The notes under the pieces: generated by a model | Seen by the model: the letters and a program-made list of their open reading frames with translations, nothing else | What the model was told of the DNA's origin: nothing | Databases searched by the model: none | Shown here: piece after piece, positions 31,644 through 42,800 of the stretch | Numbering within the stretch: position 1 is the stretch's first letter | Layout of the letters: each line of letters opens with the position of its first letter | Assembly (NCBI GenBank): GCA_963788655.1 | Contig: CAWBHS010000027.1 | Coordinates: 41,645 to 105,644, forward strand | Length of the DNA stretch: 64,000 nt | Reading direction: 5' to 3' | Origin: an uncultured Verrucomicrobiae bacterium | Lineage (GTDB): Bacteria; Verrucomicrobiota; Verrucomicrobiia; Limisphaerales; JAFGQR01 | Made by a program: the position numbers and the translations under genes

Positions 31644-31769
31644 AAGCCTGTGCGATACGCCTGTGCGTTGTCAGGACCAATCATGGCAAAAAGATGGAAC
31701 TTGGACAATGATCAGATTGGGAAAGGATTTTTGACTTTATTTTATTAGCCCACATGACATCATCCGGTC

Positions 31770-33683
31770 ATGGGCAAGAAGCGGCGCATCCAGGTTCGCT
31801 CACCATCGCCCCCGGCGGCTTCCAGCGCAGGAACGTTGCCGCGGGCTGCGCCCCAATATCATACCCGCCTCTTTGGTTCCGCGAAGTATCGCCGGCGCTT
31901 GCGGCTGTTGCTCGTGTTCTTGGTGCCGTTGCTCATGCTGGGGGGCAGCGAGTTGGTGTTGCGCGTGCTCGGCTATGGAGTGCCCCTGAATTTCTTTGTG
32001 CCCATGCCGGACGGCCAAACGCTGACCACCAACCGGCGTTTTGGCTGGCGGTTCATGGACCGCGACACTGCCACGCAACCATATCCAGCCCTGATGGACG
32101 CCAAGAAGAAACCCGGCACCCGCCGTATCTTTATCCTGGGCGAGTCGGCCGCCGTCGGCACGCCGGCGCCCGCGTTTGGTTTTGGCCGCATACTCGAGAT
32201 CATGCTTGAGGAACAATTTCCCGGACAACGGTTCGAAGTGGTCAATGCCGCGATGCGAGGAATCAATTCCCATGTCATCCTACCGATCAGCCGTGAGTGC
32301 CGCCGTTATGAGCCGGATTTGTTTTTGTTGTACATGGGGAACAACGAAGCGGTGGGATTGCACGCCCCGGTTCCCGGTGAATTCAATCTCACCCCCTACC
32401 CGAGTTTGATCCACCTCCGGCAGACGTTGAAAGAAACGCGGCTCGGCCAGTTGCTGGGCGACATGGTGCGCGGCCTGAAAAAGAAAGCCCAGCGTCCCGA
32501 GCAAGACATGGAGTATTTCCGTGCTCATTGCCTCCTGTCGGACGCCCCGGAGCGGCAACCAGTGTATGAAAACTTCCGCGCCAATCTCCAGGAAATTATC
32601 CGGACCGCGCGGCGCGCCCACGCCAGCGTCGTCGTCTCGACCGTAGCAGTGAATCTCGCTGATTTTCCTCCACTCGAATCGCAGCACCGCCCGGGACTCT
32701 CCTCGAACCAACTGACCCAATGGGGCACGGTCTATTCCCAAGGCACCAATGCCGAAGCCCACGGGCTGACCCAGGAAGCCATCACCCATTACCGGGCGGC
32801 GCTGGCCGTGGACGACCATTTTGCGGAGCTGCACTATCGGTTGGCACGCTGTTGCGTCACGGCTGGCGACAGCTCAGGCGCAGCCCAGCATTTCGCACTG
32901 GCGCGCGACTGGGATGCACTGTCGTTTCGGACGGACAGCCGGCTCAACCAAATCACGCGTGACGTTGCCACACAGCACGCTGATGCCACCGTAGTGCTGG
33001 TGGACGCCGAAAAGGCCTTTGCCGCGGCGGCCCCAAAAAATTGTGGTGTGCCGGGAAAACAGTATTTCAACGATCATGTGCATCTGTCCTTTGCCGGCGA
33101 TTACCTGCTGGCCCGCACGGCTCTGCCCGCCGTTATCAAGGCCTTGGGCATTGCCCGGACGGGTGGCGATAAAGGGACCAAGTCTCGCGCGGTGCCGTCG
33201 TTGGAGGAATGTGCGCAGCATTTGGCGTTTACGGAATGGGATGACATCAGCGTGGCTTCGGCCATGGTGCGGTCGCAGGCCAAGGCGCCGTTCCTGGATC
33301 AATTGGAGCATGCCCAAACTCAGGCGCAAGCCAATGCGGCGTTGCGGCAACGCATCGATATGTTCCAAAAGCAAAACGGCCCGGCTAAAGCCATCTCTAT
33401 TTACCAGGCCGCCCTGGATCGGCGTCCTAACGATTGGCAGATTCTTATGAACTACGGCACGCTGCTGAGTGATTTCCGCGACCATGCCGCCGCCGCGCAA
33501 GCCTTCGCGAAAGCAACTGAGCGGATGCCGACCTTCATGTCGTTGCGTCTGTTGCTGGTGAAAAGCCTCTGGACCTCGGGACAGCGGCGAGCCGCACAAC
33601 GCGAGTTGCAAGCGGCCCTGAAGATCGACCCCCATTACCCGCCGGCCCAAGAGGCGATGCGGATGATGGGGGTATCGCGGTGA
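31770..33683 (+). CDS. Membrane-anchored SGNH-hydrolase-like protein with TPR repeats
   Basis: N-terminal TM; RIFILGESAA, YMGNNE, FNDHVH (SGNH-like blocks); TPR motifs. Confidence 0.8.
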   Translation: MGKKRRIQVRSPSPPAASSAGTLPRAAPQYHTRLFGSAKYRRRLRLLLVFLVPLLMLGGSELVLRVLGYGVPLNFFVPMPDGQTLTTNRRFGWRFMDRDTATQPYPALMDAKKKPGTRRIFILGESAAVGTPAPAFGFGRILEIMLEEQFPGQRFEVVNAAMRGINSHVILPISRECRRYEPDLFLLYMGNNEAVGLHAPVPGEFNLTPYPSLIHLRQTLKETRLGQLLGDMVRGLKKKAQRPEQDMEYFRAHCLLSDAPERQPVYENFRANLQEIIRTARRAHASVVVSTVAVNLADFPPLESQHRPGLSSNQLTQWGTVYSQGTNAEAHGLTQEAITHYRAALAVDDHFAELHYRLARCCVTAGDSSGAAQHFALARDWDALSFRTDSRLNQITRDVATQHADATVVLVDAEKAFAAAAPKNCGVPGKQYFNDHVHLSFAGDYLLARTALPAVIKALGIARTGGDKGTKSRAVPSLEECAQHLAFTEWDDISVASAMVRSQAKAPFLDQLEHAQTQAQANAALRQRIDMFQKQNGPAKAISIYQAALDRRPNDWQILMNYGTLLSDFRDHAAAAQAFAKATERMPTFMSLRLLLVKSLWTSGQRRAAQRELQAALKIDPHYPPAQEAMRMMGVSR

Positions 33684-33759
33684 AGTCGAAGCAGTTGAGG
33701 GTTGAGTGCAATGCCATGAGGAAACCCCGGAATGTGGCCAAGCCGGACCTCATGTATTC

Positions 33760-34323
33760 TTAAATGCGTTTCGACTTCGGAGGCCTGAGTTCTTTCTCGA
33801 TCTTGGTGGCGTTCGATTTATCATCAACAATGAAAGTACTTTTATTGATCTTCCCTGATTCCGGATCTTGTAATTTAAGTGTTATTTTCCGGTTCTTCCG
33901 AGTTACATTCCCAATCGCTGACCGGTCGATGGTCAATGTGCAATCCGAGGCACACAAATAATGCACGACCAGGAATGCAGGAATTATTCCCAAGCCGAAC
34001 CCGAACAGGAACAATGGCACGAACGTTATTAGCACAAATATGCCCACGCAGGCCACCTCTGACCAACGCTGCTTGCCGTAATAAATGATCTCGTCCTCGA
34101 TTATAGTGACCGTTCCATTTCGGACGAAACGGAACGGGTCACGGAGAAAGGCAGTCCGGAATGTCACGTCAAATCGCAAACTTTTGCTTTCTGCTTGCCA
34201 GCCAACCGGACGCTGCTTCAGCGGCTTTGCCGATAGCTCGCGATGCGCGAAGGGCTTCTTGCAATCACAACAAAGGATGGAGTCATCCTCGTTGTCCCGC
34301 CAACAGAAAGAGCAGGTCTTCAT
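33760..34323 (-). CDS. Hypothetical zinc-ribbon membrane protein
   Basis: MKTCSFC...CCDC zinc ribbon and a double-TM hairpin; visibly more AT-rich than its neighbours. Confidence 0.6.
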   Translation of the reverse strand: MKTCSFCWRDNEDDSILCCDCKKPFAHRELSAKPLKQRPVGWQAESKSLRFDVTFRTAFLRDPFRFVRNGTVTIIEDEIIYYGKQRWSEVACVGIFVLITFVPLFLFGFGLGIIPAFLVVHYLCASDCTLTIDRSAIGNVTRKNRKITLKLQDPESGKINKSTFIVDDKSNATKIEKELRPPKSKRI

Positions 34324-34570
34324 AATGGCTTCTCGTTGATCAAGGATTGAGTAGCAAAATAGACTGGAAAAGTCCAGCTCAAAACGGTGACAGGAATCGA
34401 AGCGGGTTGGGACGCACACACAGAAGTTCACCGTCCAAACCCGCCGCCCTCTCACACGAGAAGGACCTGGATTCTTGTTCTTCAATTCATTTTACATGGA
34501 GCACGGCCTGTTCGGACTTACCCGAGCAGGCCGTGCATGTCGTGTTTAACCCATCAAAGCGCTCATTGTC

Positions 34571-37064
34571 TTAGTCCACGGAAATAGCCCGGTAAAAGCG
34601 CCGTGGCTGGCCGGCAGCCGATTGATCAACATACCAGTGTGGGCTTGCTGTCAGGGTTATCGTCTCCAATTCCGTCCAACCGCTTGGGTTGTTTAGATCG
34701 GTGGTGAATTCAATTCGGTAGTTCACCCCGGCAGCACCTGTGAGTTTGAGGCCCGGCATCAGGTACATTTCCAGGACTGACACATTGAAGGGCTCGCTGA
34801 TCGCCGAACCGAAACCGTTCACGACAACACGATAGGCCCCAGCATTCTCAGCGGTGAGATTTTCGAGGACCAATATCCCATTCGTCGCACCGACGATGTC
34901 GATGCCATTGAACTGCCATTGAAAGGCAAATGGACCGCTGCCGGTCATGCCGGCGTTCAGTGTGACGGTTTCGCCCGAGGAGACGGTCCGGCTCACTGGC
35001 TGTTCCGTGAAGGTTGGCGGCAGCATGAACAGGTCGGCAGGCCCTTGTTTATTTGCAGGCCCTTGAGTCAGCGCCACCTTGCCCGATCCATCAGGCCGCA
35101 TAGCCCAGACTTGGTTTTGGCATAGGAAGAGAATGAATTTGCCATCCGGCGTCCAGGTCGGCGTTCCGCAGTCCCAGGGCCATTCGGTCGTGATGTTGAC
35201 CGGATTGCCACCATCAATGTTCATAGTCCAAATGTCACCGTTGCCGCTGAAAACAATCCGGCTGTTATCCGGCGAAATATCGGAGTGGGTGAACGCCGCC
35301 CCGCTGGGCCGGAACCATGCCGTCAAGTTCGTCAGCACGCCGGTGATTACGTCGTACAGAAACTCATCGCTCTGATAGGTTGGCACCGCCCAATTCGAGC
35401 CGATGACATACCGGCCGTCCCGCGACGCACGCGTATGGGATAAACGAAACGGCAAGTTGGTCAGGACTGAGCCATCGGGATGAAGTAATCGCACGTAGCC
35501 GTAAACCGGATGACACACAATCCAGTCGCTGTTCGTCGGAGCGTGCGGCCACACCATGTCTTGGGATCCGTCCGTCAGGAATCTCAGGTCGCTGCCGTCC
35601 GGTTTGATCAGACAGACTCTCGCTCCGAAGGCTGGGCCACCCGTAAACAAAATATCACTACCGTTTGAGAACCAACTTGGCTGAGTGGCTGCACCCGCGC
35701 TGGCGGCGGGGATATTCGGAACAGTGTTACTTTCACCCGTCAAAAGGTTCCACACCACCAGTTCATATTGGTCAGTACCTGAATAACAGAACACCTTCTG
35801 GACGAGGTGGAGACTGAATCCAAGCCAGGCTGATGGCGCCGATAAGGCCGGGAACCGCTTGAAGCACAGTGCCGTTCAATGCACTGTACAGATTCACCGT
35901 GCCCGCATTGTTGACCAGCAGGTCATCGTAGCCGTCACCATCCTGATCCGGAACGGCAATGCCGATGTCGTCAGAGTTTGGGACAGGAATCGCATCCCAA
36001 ATCGTGCTGCCGGTTTGCAGATCCAGACAAACTGAACGGTCCTGATGACGCCAGCCCGAAAGCACGTAATAACCCGTGGAAGTTGGAACCAGCCCTAATA
36101 TTGTTTGGTTGTTGTAGGCCGAGTTACAAGACCATATTACCTGCCCGTCGATGCCCCGATAGCGGCGAATGCCGCCGGCACCGGACGAACCTTGGGCGGC
36201 GACCAGGAAATCCGACGTTCCAGGAACCGGACGGATCCCCAGCACGTCGAATGCGCTGAAATGCTGCTGCCAGACAATTTCCCCGGCAGTACCGTCGAGC
36301 ATAAGCACGCGATCGTCGTAACAGCATTGCCCCACAGCGTAGTCTGCCTTGCCGTCGCCGGTCACATCGGGAACCGCGATCCCACCCCGGCTGATCTGGG
36401 GATTCTGCCAGAGGACTGTGGTCCCATCGAGACCACTCAGACAAATGAGTCCGCCGCCTCCGGCACCCAGGTATTGTGAGCGGACGATGACATCGTAAAT
36501 CCCGTCCCCATCGACATCCGGAACAAATCCGGAAGCCCAGTAATCACCCGTTGGAGATGTATAATCCCAGATCGTCTGGCCGCTCTCTCCATCCACACAC
36601 AGCACATGACTCGAACCACTGCCTGAATTGTCCCTCCGGCAGATCAGGATGTCGGACGCGGACGTTCCGCCAACATTCGGAGGACCTTCCGGGAATTGTG
36701 TCGTGTCCGTATAGATCGTGTGATGGAGCACGGCATCCAAGTGACCGTAGGCCGGGAATCCTGCAATCTGCCATTTCAAGACTCCCGAGTTCCCGCTCAA
36801 GCAGTAAGTCACCGTCACGGCATTGCTGGCGCAGATGATGAGGACATCGTAATCCCCGTTGCCATTCGGAAATACCTGGGCATCTTGACCGATATTGCCA
36901 CTCGGGCAGTTCCAATTCCAATTGGTCCGACTGGCCAGGACATCCGTGGACTGGGCGCTGGACTGGCTGAGCGTTAGTACGTTGCCGCTATTTGACGCTG
37001 CATCCGCTTGGAGCAGCGTCGCCACGGCCAGGCCTATAGCGGTTATTAATTGACTTCGTTTCAT
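34571..37064 (-). CDS. Secreted FG-GAP/PQQ-like propeller + TolB-like propeller + Ig-domain protein (frameshift ~35790)
   Basis: Signal peptide MKRSQLITAIG; DVDGDGIYD, DVTGDGKAD and DQDGDGYDD repeats; PD40-like SPDNSRIVF and WTPDGK; Ig domain FQWQFNG..AGAYRV; C-terminal FYRA. Confidence 0.82.
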
Positions 37065-37198
37065 TGGTTTCGCCTTTCTTGTTTCAGGGTATTTTGGTTG
37101 ACCGAAGCTGCGGAAAACTGGCGCCAGCCAGCGCGACCCCGGCGACAACAACTCCCCAAATCTTTTTCAGTTGCGAAAGTTGCTGTTTTCATGTTCAC

Positions 37199-37232
37199 CT
37201 TCCTTTACGGGAACCTGAATGCGTTCATGCAG
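37199..37232 (-). promoter_or_regulatory. Candidate ECF-type promoter motif (copy 1)
   Basis: Minus strand reads CTGCATGA-N18-AAAGGAAG; matches the copy at 46667-46699. Confidence 0.4.
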
Positions 37233-37303
37233 ATGTTGCAAAATACTTTAAGCCCCACTGCCAAGCGTGTGATCACGAGCGCAGAAAGATTTGCGGCCAA
37301 CCT

Positions 37304-38122
37304 ATGAAAGCAGAGAGCCCTGGACAGAACGCAGCGTATCCCCCCACCCGCTGGACCCTTGTTTTCCGCGCGCAAGATTTGGAAAAAACGCAGGGCCGTG
37401 ACGCCTTGGGCGAAATCTATGAAAAATACCGCGAACCTCTGCTCGCGCATTTGCGTTGGCGGTTTCCCTATTGGCAGGATCGCGTGGAAGATTGGTTCCA
37501 GAGTTTCGTCGAGAAGAAAATCCTCGAGTACAAGCTGCTTGAACATGCGGACAGAAATCGCGGCCGGTTTCGCACCTTCCTGCTGAACGCGCTCGACAAT
37601 TTCGTTTTTGAAATATTGGAGAAAGCGAACGCCGCCAAGCGAACGCCGAAAGGTGGTTTTGTTTTTGTGGACCACCCGGATTATCAGGAGCCGGCGGATC
37701 CGAAATCGTTGCGCTCCGATCCCGGCGATGTCGAGTGGGCACGCGAGGTTCTTGCTCAGGCCGTTGGAAGAACCCAGAAATTTTACGAAACGAAGGGCGA
37801 TGGGAAGAAATGGTGCGTATTCTATCTGAGCCGACTGAAACCAATGTTTACCGGCGAGAAAAGTCCCGCTTACGAGGATATCGCCGTAGAATGCGGCATG
37901 CCAGTTGCAAACGTTAACGCGGTAATCTTCAATGTAGTGAGGAAACTCAAGACGGAACTACACTCAGTCGTCGGAGAATACGCCGAAGGTGATGAAGCCA
38001 GACTGGAGGAAATCCAGCATTTGATCGACATTCTCGGGGACGCGGATCAAGGGGACGATTCAGCCGAGAAAGAACGCAAAGATCCCGAAGATGGAAACCA
38101 GGACAAGAAACTCACCGATTAA
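37304..38122 (+). CDS. ECF sigma-70 factor with C-terminal extension (PVC kinase-associated type)
   Basis: PPTRWTLV, YREPL, EDWFQSF, RGRFRTFL, AAKR.P.GG, D.EWA, and region 4 YEDIAVECGM. Confidence 0.85.
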   Translation: MKAESPGQNAAYPPTRWTLVFRAQDLEKTQGRDALGEIYEKYREPLLAHLRWRFPYWQDRVEDWFQSFVEKKILEYKLLEHADRNRGRFRTFLLNALDNFVFEILEKANAAKRTPKGGFVFVDHPDYQEPADPKSLRSDPGDVEWAREVLAQAVGRTQKFYETKGDGKKWCVFYLSRLKPMFTGEKSPAYEDIAVECGMPVANVNAVIFNVVRKLKTELHSVVGEYAEGDEARLEEIQHLIDILGDADQGDDSAEKERKDPEDGNQDKKLTD

Positions 38123-38169
38123 ACTGCTCGATCAAGGCCGCTGTAACTCCTTATCTATCTGCGTTCTTT

Positions 38170-38972
38170 GCTCGCAGCCCATAAGGCTGCCAGTCCAGCC
38201 GGTGGAAGTCCGGCGATGGTAAATGACGATGAACCATCCAGTGATAACCGACATGAGATTTCGGGGTGACCCGGCTCATGCAAGCTCGGTAGTAAACGTC
38301 CTGACCGGAGCAGGGCCAGCAACCTCTCCAGGCCGTAGCATCAAGCGAACGCTGCAGCTTCGTTACGCAACCCACGCGATCCGGAATCGTGGGACTTGTG
38401 GTGGTCGAGCCGGTGCAAAGACGGCGAAGACAGAATCCACGACGAAGGCATCGTCGAGTGCAGTCGTGGGCGCCACCGGAGTACGGGCGACGGCATGGGA
38501 GGAACGGACTGGCAGAGTAAATTGGGGACCCGCTACGGTTGGCGGGATGGACCCGCAATCCGACGGAATAATCCATAAGCCGTGGGATGGCCGTCAGAGG
38601 CGCAGATGTGGCCATAGTAAGCAACGATCCGGTCGGACAATACAACCGACTGGGGAGCCAAGGGCCACTGGATCCGCGGTTCAGGTCAGAAATCATCGGT
38701 GCCGCTTGGACGCAAGTCCGACTACGGATAAAACGCCGGGGATGGAGATACGAACAGTGACGGCCTATAAGCCGGCGTGGAGACGCTGGCGAAGGTGGCC
38801 GTGGCGTGAAGCGGGTTTGAAGCCGTACTGGGGAAAACCCACCGTACGGAATTTTAGAGGGGGTGGAGGAAACGAAATGCATGGCCTGGTAGCCGTTTGC
38901 CACGATGCCCGAAAGGGCCGATACCTTGGAAGTTACTGGCCTAAACATGTTCGCGCCTCCGCTCTACTCGAT
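38170..38972 (+). ncRNA. ORF-less group II intron (~800 nt)
   Basis: Domain V AAGCCGTACTGGGGAAAACCCACCGTACGGAATT at 38820-38853 (AGC triad); long domain VI GAGGGGGTGGAGG...CCTCCGCTCTACTCGAT with a bulged A and AY end; domain I-like 5' part GCAGCCCATAAGGCTGC..GCCGGTGGAAGTCCGGC; no RT ORF. The 5' boundary is uncertain by a few nt. Confidence 0.85.
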
Positions 38973-39134
38973 GGCCACATTCGGGGCATGATCAAGAAAA
39001 AGTAACTGTCGGCTGCATAAAAACCACACAAATCCCGTAAACAATAAGAATGGCAATCCCCGTAGCAGCCGAGGTAACGAGGCTCTAACTTAATTCTCTC
39101 AACCCTCAACCATGAACCCTCAACCGCCGCCAAA

Positions 39135-39662
39135 ATGAACGATTCATCCCAGGAAATCCTCAAAGCCCCGGCCAAGCGTTTGTCTCAAATCATGAAGCTG
39201 GGCTTGGACCAAACTGGCCAGCTAACACCAGACGACTTGCGCTCCGTCTTGGAAGCCCAACTTGATTCCCCTATCCACGAGGTTATTGGACTGACGGCTC
39301 AAGCGTTAGAGCGCAACATGCAGGACACCGGCATTACTGCCGAAGATTTGCCTGGCACATTGCGTGAACTGATGCAACAGCAACACCCTCCATTGCCATT
39401 ACTCGAATTAGTGAAAGACTTCGCCAAGCGATGCCGGGAACAAGTGGACCATCCGGTGCCTTCGGAGGTTGCCACGCTGCTTTACTATCTCTGTATTGCA
39501 GTTGCTTTGAACCGGCACAACAAGCAGATCGCCCGATTAAGTGCAGTAAAAATAAAGGATGGTTTCAACTGGGTGCAGGCACAACCGTGGATCGACAATG
39601 ACCTCAAGCAGTACTTTGCAGGAGAAAATCGCGGCAGTAGCCGTGGTAGTGACACTTATTAA
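39135..39662 (+). CDS. Hypothetical all-alpha protein co-oriented with the ECF sigma
   Basis: 175-aa ORF; PPLPLLELVKDFAK..EVATLLYY..IA..L.....WV..QPW. Confidence 0.75.
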   Translation: MNDSSQEILKAPAKRLSQIMKLGLDQTGQLTPDDLRSVLEAQLDSPIHEVIGLTAQALERNMQDTGITAEDLPGTLRELMQQQHPPLPLLELVKDFAKRCREQVDHPVPSEVATLLYYLCIAVALNRHNKQIARLSAVKIKDGFNWVQAQPWIDNDLKQYFAGENRGSSRGSDTY

Positions 39663-39877
39663 TTCTCAATTTACTTTGCTGAGCACCAGTTTGCCTGGTT
39701 AACAACTCTTGCTGTCGGTGGCCAAGCAGAGTAGCACTTCGGGCACCGCCTCCCAAGGAAAAGGAAGACCTGCGCTTTATCAATTGGAGCTGAAACCGTT
39801 TTGTACGGTTCACGCCATTTCAAGCCACCTTCTTTGCCGGTGGGTTCTGACTTCGTTGGCACAAGGTCGCGTCGGCC

Positions 39878-42800
39878 TTACGGAATCAAGCGAGCCCGGT
39901 AAAAGGCGCCTGCTTTGTCGGGAGCGTTGGTAATGACGAAGCGCAGCCAACCGTCCTGCGGAACTATGTTGGTGCTCCCCGACACCCAGTGGAGAAGGTT
40001 GGTGCTTTTCTCGAGGGCGTAGCGTTGGCCGGCGGAACCCAGATAGGTGATGAACACGCCAGAATTGGTGGTGTTCAAGTCAACTGCTCTCGGAGATAGA
40101 CCCGTGTAAGTATAATATTCCAGGACGCTGGTGATGTGGTTGCAGGTGATCGTCAACGGCCGTTCGGCGGGCGCTAAATACCCCGGAATCGTACGGAACG
40201 CCAGATGGTAATTGGCCCCAACAGCCGGAAGTCCATAGGTCACCGTATCACTGAAATACGTCTGATTGGAATCTTCCGTGATACGCCAGCCCGCGCCCGC
40301 CGCCACAGCTTCCGGCGGACTGACGAAGACGTAAAACCCGCCCATTGGGTAATAATCGCATTCAACGGGAAATGGTATGGACACTCCATCTCCCAAACGG
40401 ATAACCCCGCCGCTGCCGCCAACGGGCACATAAACCTGCAAATCGTATTCACTCCCCGGACCATGCAGATCAGGACTGTAGGAACTGATGCGCAAGTAGT
40501 ACATGCCCGGCAGGAATCCGCTTTGCCCCGTCTTCAAGTCCACAATCAGTCGCTCCGTTATGTTTGAACCCGTCCCGCCTAATGGATCGTCCATGGAATC
40601 GACCCACACCAGACGACCGTTCGAGTGCTCATAATAGAGGTCAAGCACCAGGTCGCTATTGGTTCCCCTTTGCGTGGCGTCCAGATTGAATATCCATCCG
40701 GTGGGCGCATAGAACTTCACCCAGTCCTCGTCCGTGGAGGAATGGAAGTTGTGCCGCTGAGTCTCGTTCACATTAATGACTCTGGCTTGAGACGCGCTGT
40801 CGTCCACCTCATATGCGTCGGTAACGGTAATGGCCGATTGCGCTGGGCCGGACACCAAGCCGGTCTGGTTGCTGGCAAAAAAGGTGCAGGCGTACGTTCC
40901 CGGCATGGTAAAATTGGCGTAGGCAACCTGAAAACGGTTCGCCGGGGAATTCCAGGTCAGAGTGATTTGCGGCAGCTCGCCCTGACCGTCATAATCCGGC
41001 GGGGTGATGACGCACCAAACGTTGGAGCCACCCACCACCCCGGAAGCCCAAAGTTCCACCGGCATCCCGGCCACAACGGTTTGGTCGGGCATCACTTCGC
41101 TGATGAGCGGCAAATCGTCCCCGGTGACGAACGCGGCACCCAAGTAGCGGTGAGGGGCCAGCCTGCCATCCGAACCTTTCTGGTTGGCAATTCCGTCCCC
41201 GTTGTCGTCCAGTTGGGCCGCTTGCCGCACCTGTCCACTGGCAAACCGGACAGCGTCCCGCGCGGAAGTGAAAGCAGTGCCCAGGCTGTGACCATTCAAG
41301 ATGCTGTTGAGGAAAAACTGCGAAAAACTGATCAACCCGGCCGCGCCAAAGATACTCGGGCTGCCACTCGCGGTGCTGGCGATCACAATGCGTTCCCGTC
41401 CACTGGGCGCGGCCAGGTCCTTCACATAGTCGCCACTGCCGTCAAAATCCAGCATCACATTGACGCTCCGATTGGAAACTTGGAAGTGGTCGATCCAGAG
41501 GTCGAGTTGCGTCGCGGTCAGGGTTTGTTCAGGATTGAGTTGAAAATGCCCGTTCGTGGTCGCTCCCAGGCAATAAACCGTGAGCTTATCGGCGGTATCC
41601 GCCCAATTCGTGATTGCGAATCCCAGACTTTCCAGGCTGGGCAAACCCGCGACATTGTTGGTTCCGTCATCCAGGTCCTCCAACTCCACCGTGCTCAGGA
41701 CTTTGAGGTGATCCGCGGGCAGGCGTCGCAGGCGCAAGGTATGCCAGGCGTAACGTTCCAAGGCATTGAATGAAGCCCAGGAGGTCTCGTTGGTGTTCCC
41801 GGCAACGACCACGATGGCGCGTTCATCGAATCCGGTCTGGGTAATGAACGCTTGCCGCGGCAACGAGACGCTCTGCCGGACATCGCGGGCATAGTAGATC
41901 AGTTTGTAGGTCCCGGCTTGGATGAATCCGTCATAGGTGCCTTCGTAACGTCGGTTCAGGCTGTTGAACAGCAGTTCGACCTGCGGAACATCCTGGACGG
42001 GCTGGGAGGGATCAGGATCAAAACCGGGTGGCACAATCACACACCAAACCCGCTCGATGGCCGCCGGGCCTGAGACGTCGGCCGCCCAGAGTGTGCTAAC
42101 CGAAGTCGAGGTCAGCGTTTGATTCTCGCTGATGCGGCCAATCTGGGGAATGTCCACCCCAGCCACAGTCGATGCCCCCACGCTCACTAAAGTGGCATCT
42201 TGCCCATCCACTCCTTGGTGGAAAAGTCCGTCCCCCGTGTCATCGAGCAAGGCTTGTTGATAAATGCCAACCGCATTGGCCGCAAGTTGGAAGCAATCGT
42301 TCAGGTTCAAGCCTTGCAAGGCCCCACTCCAGAATGCATCCGAAAAGCTCACCAAGCCGTCTGCCAAAAAATAGGCTGGTTCATCGGCGGCACAAGCGGC
42401 GATAACGATTCGTTTTGCCGGGCCTGAGTTGGTGAGTTCACCCAGGAAGCTTCCCGAGTAGCAGCAGTCGATGACGACCGTCACGTCCATTGGGTAAGCG
42501 TCTTGCAGGGCGTCCAGCCGAGATATCCAGTTGAGCCGCCGTCAGCACCTCCGTCTCGTTCAACCGGAAGGTTGGTTGCCCGGAAGGTTTCTCGCCATGA
42601 TCCACCAAATACACGATCAATTGGCTGGCATTACCCACCCAGTTGGTGAAGGTCTGCGCCGCATTGGCCCAGGTCGTGGCCAGGGCCACGTCGTTGGTCA
42701 ATCCGTCGCCGTCCACATCCGTGTTAGTCACCGGGCTGAGGTATTGGATATCGGCTTTTCTGAATCCGCGATACCGCAATGTGTTATAGGCCAGGTCGGC

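Noticed and set aside
34400..34540. Integron attC sites
   Set aside because: The hairpins lack clear RYYYAAC/GTTRRRY boxes and there is no integron integrase in the window.
38223..39005. 260-aa ORF (and the antisense 38151-38948 ORF) as an intron-encoded protein
   Set aside because: No RT, maturase or HNH motifs; the ORF runs through structural domains V and VI.
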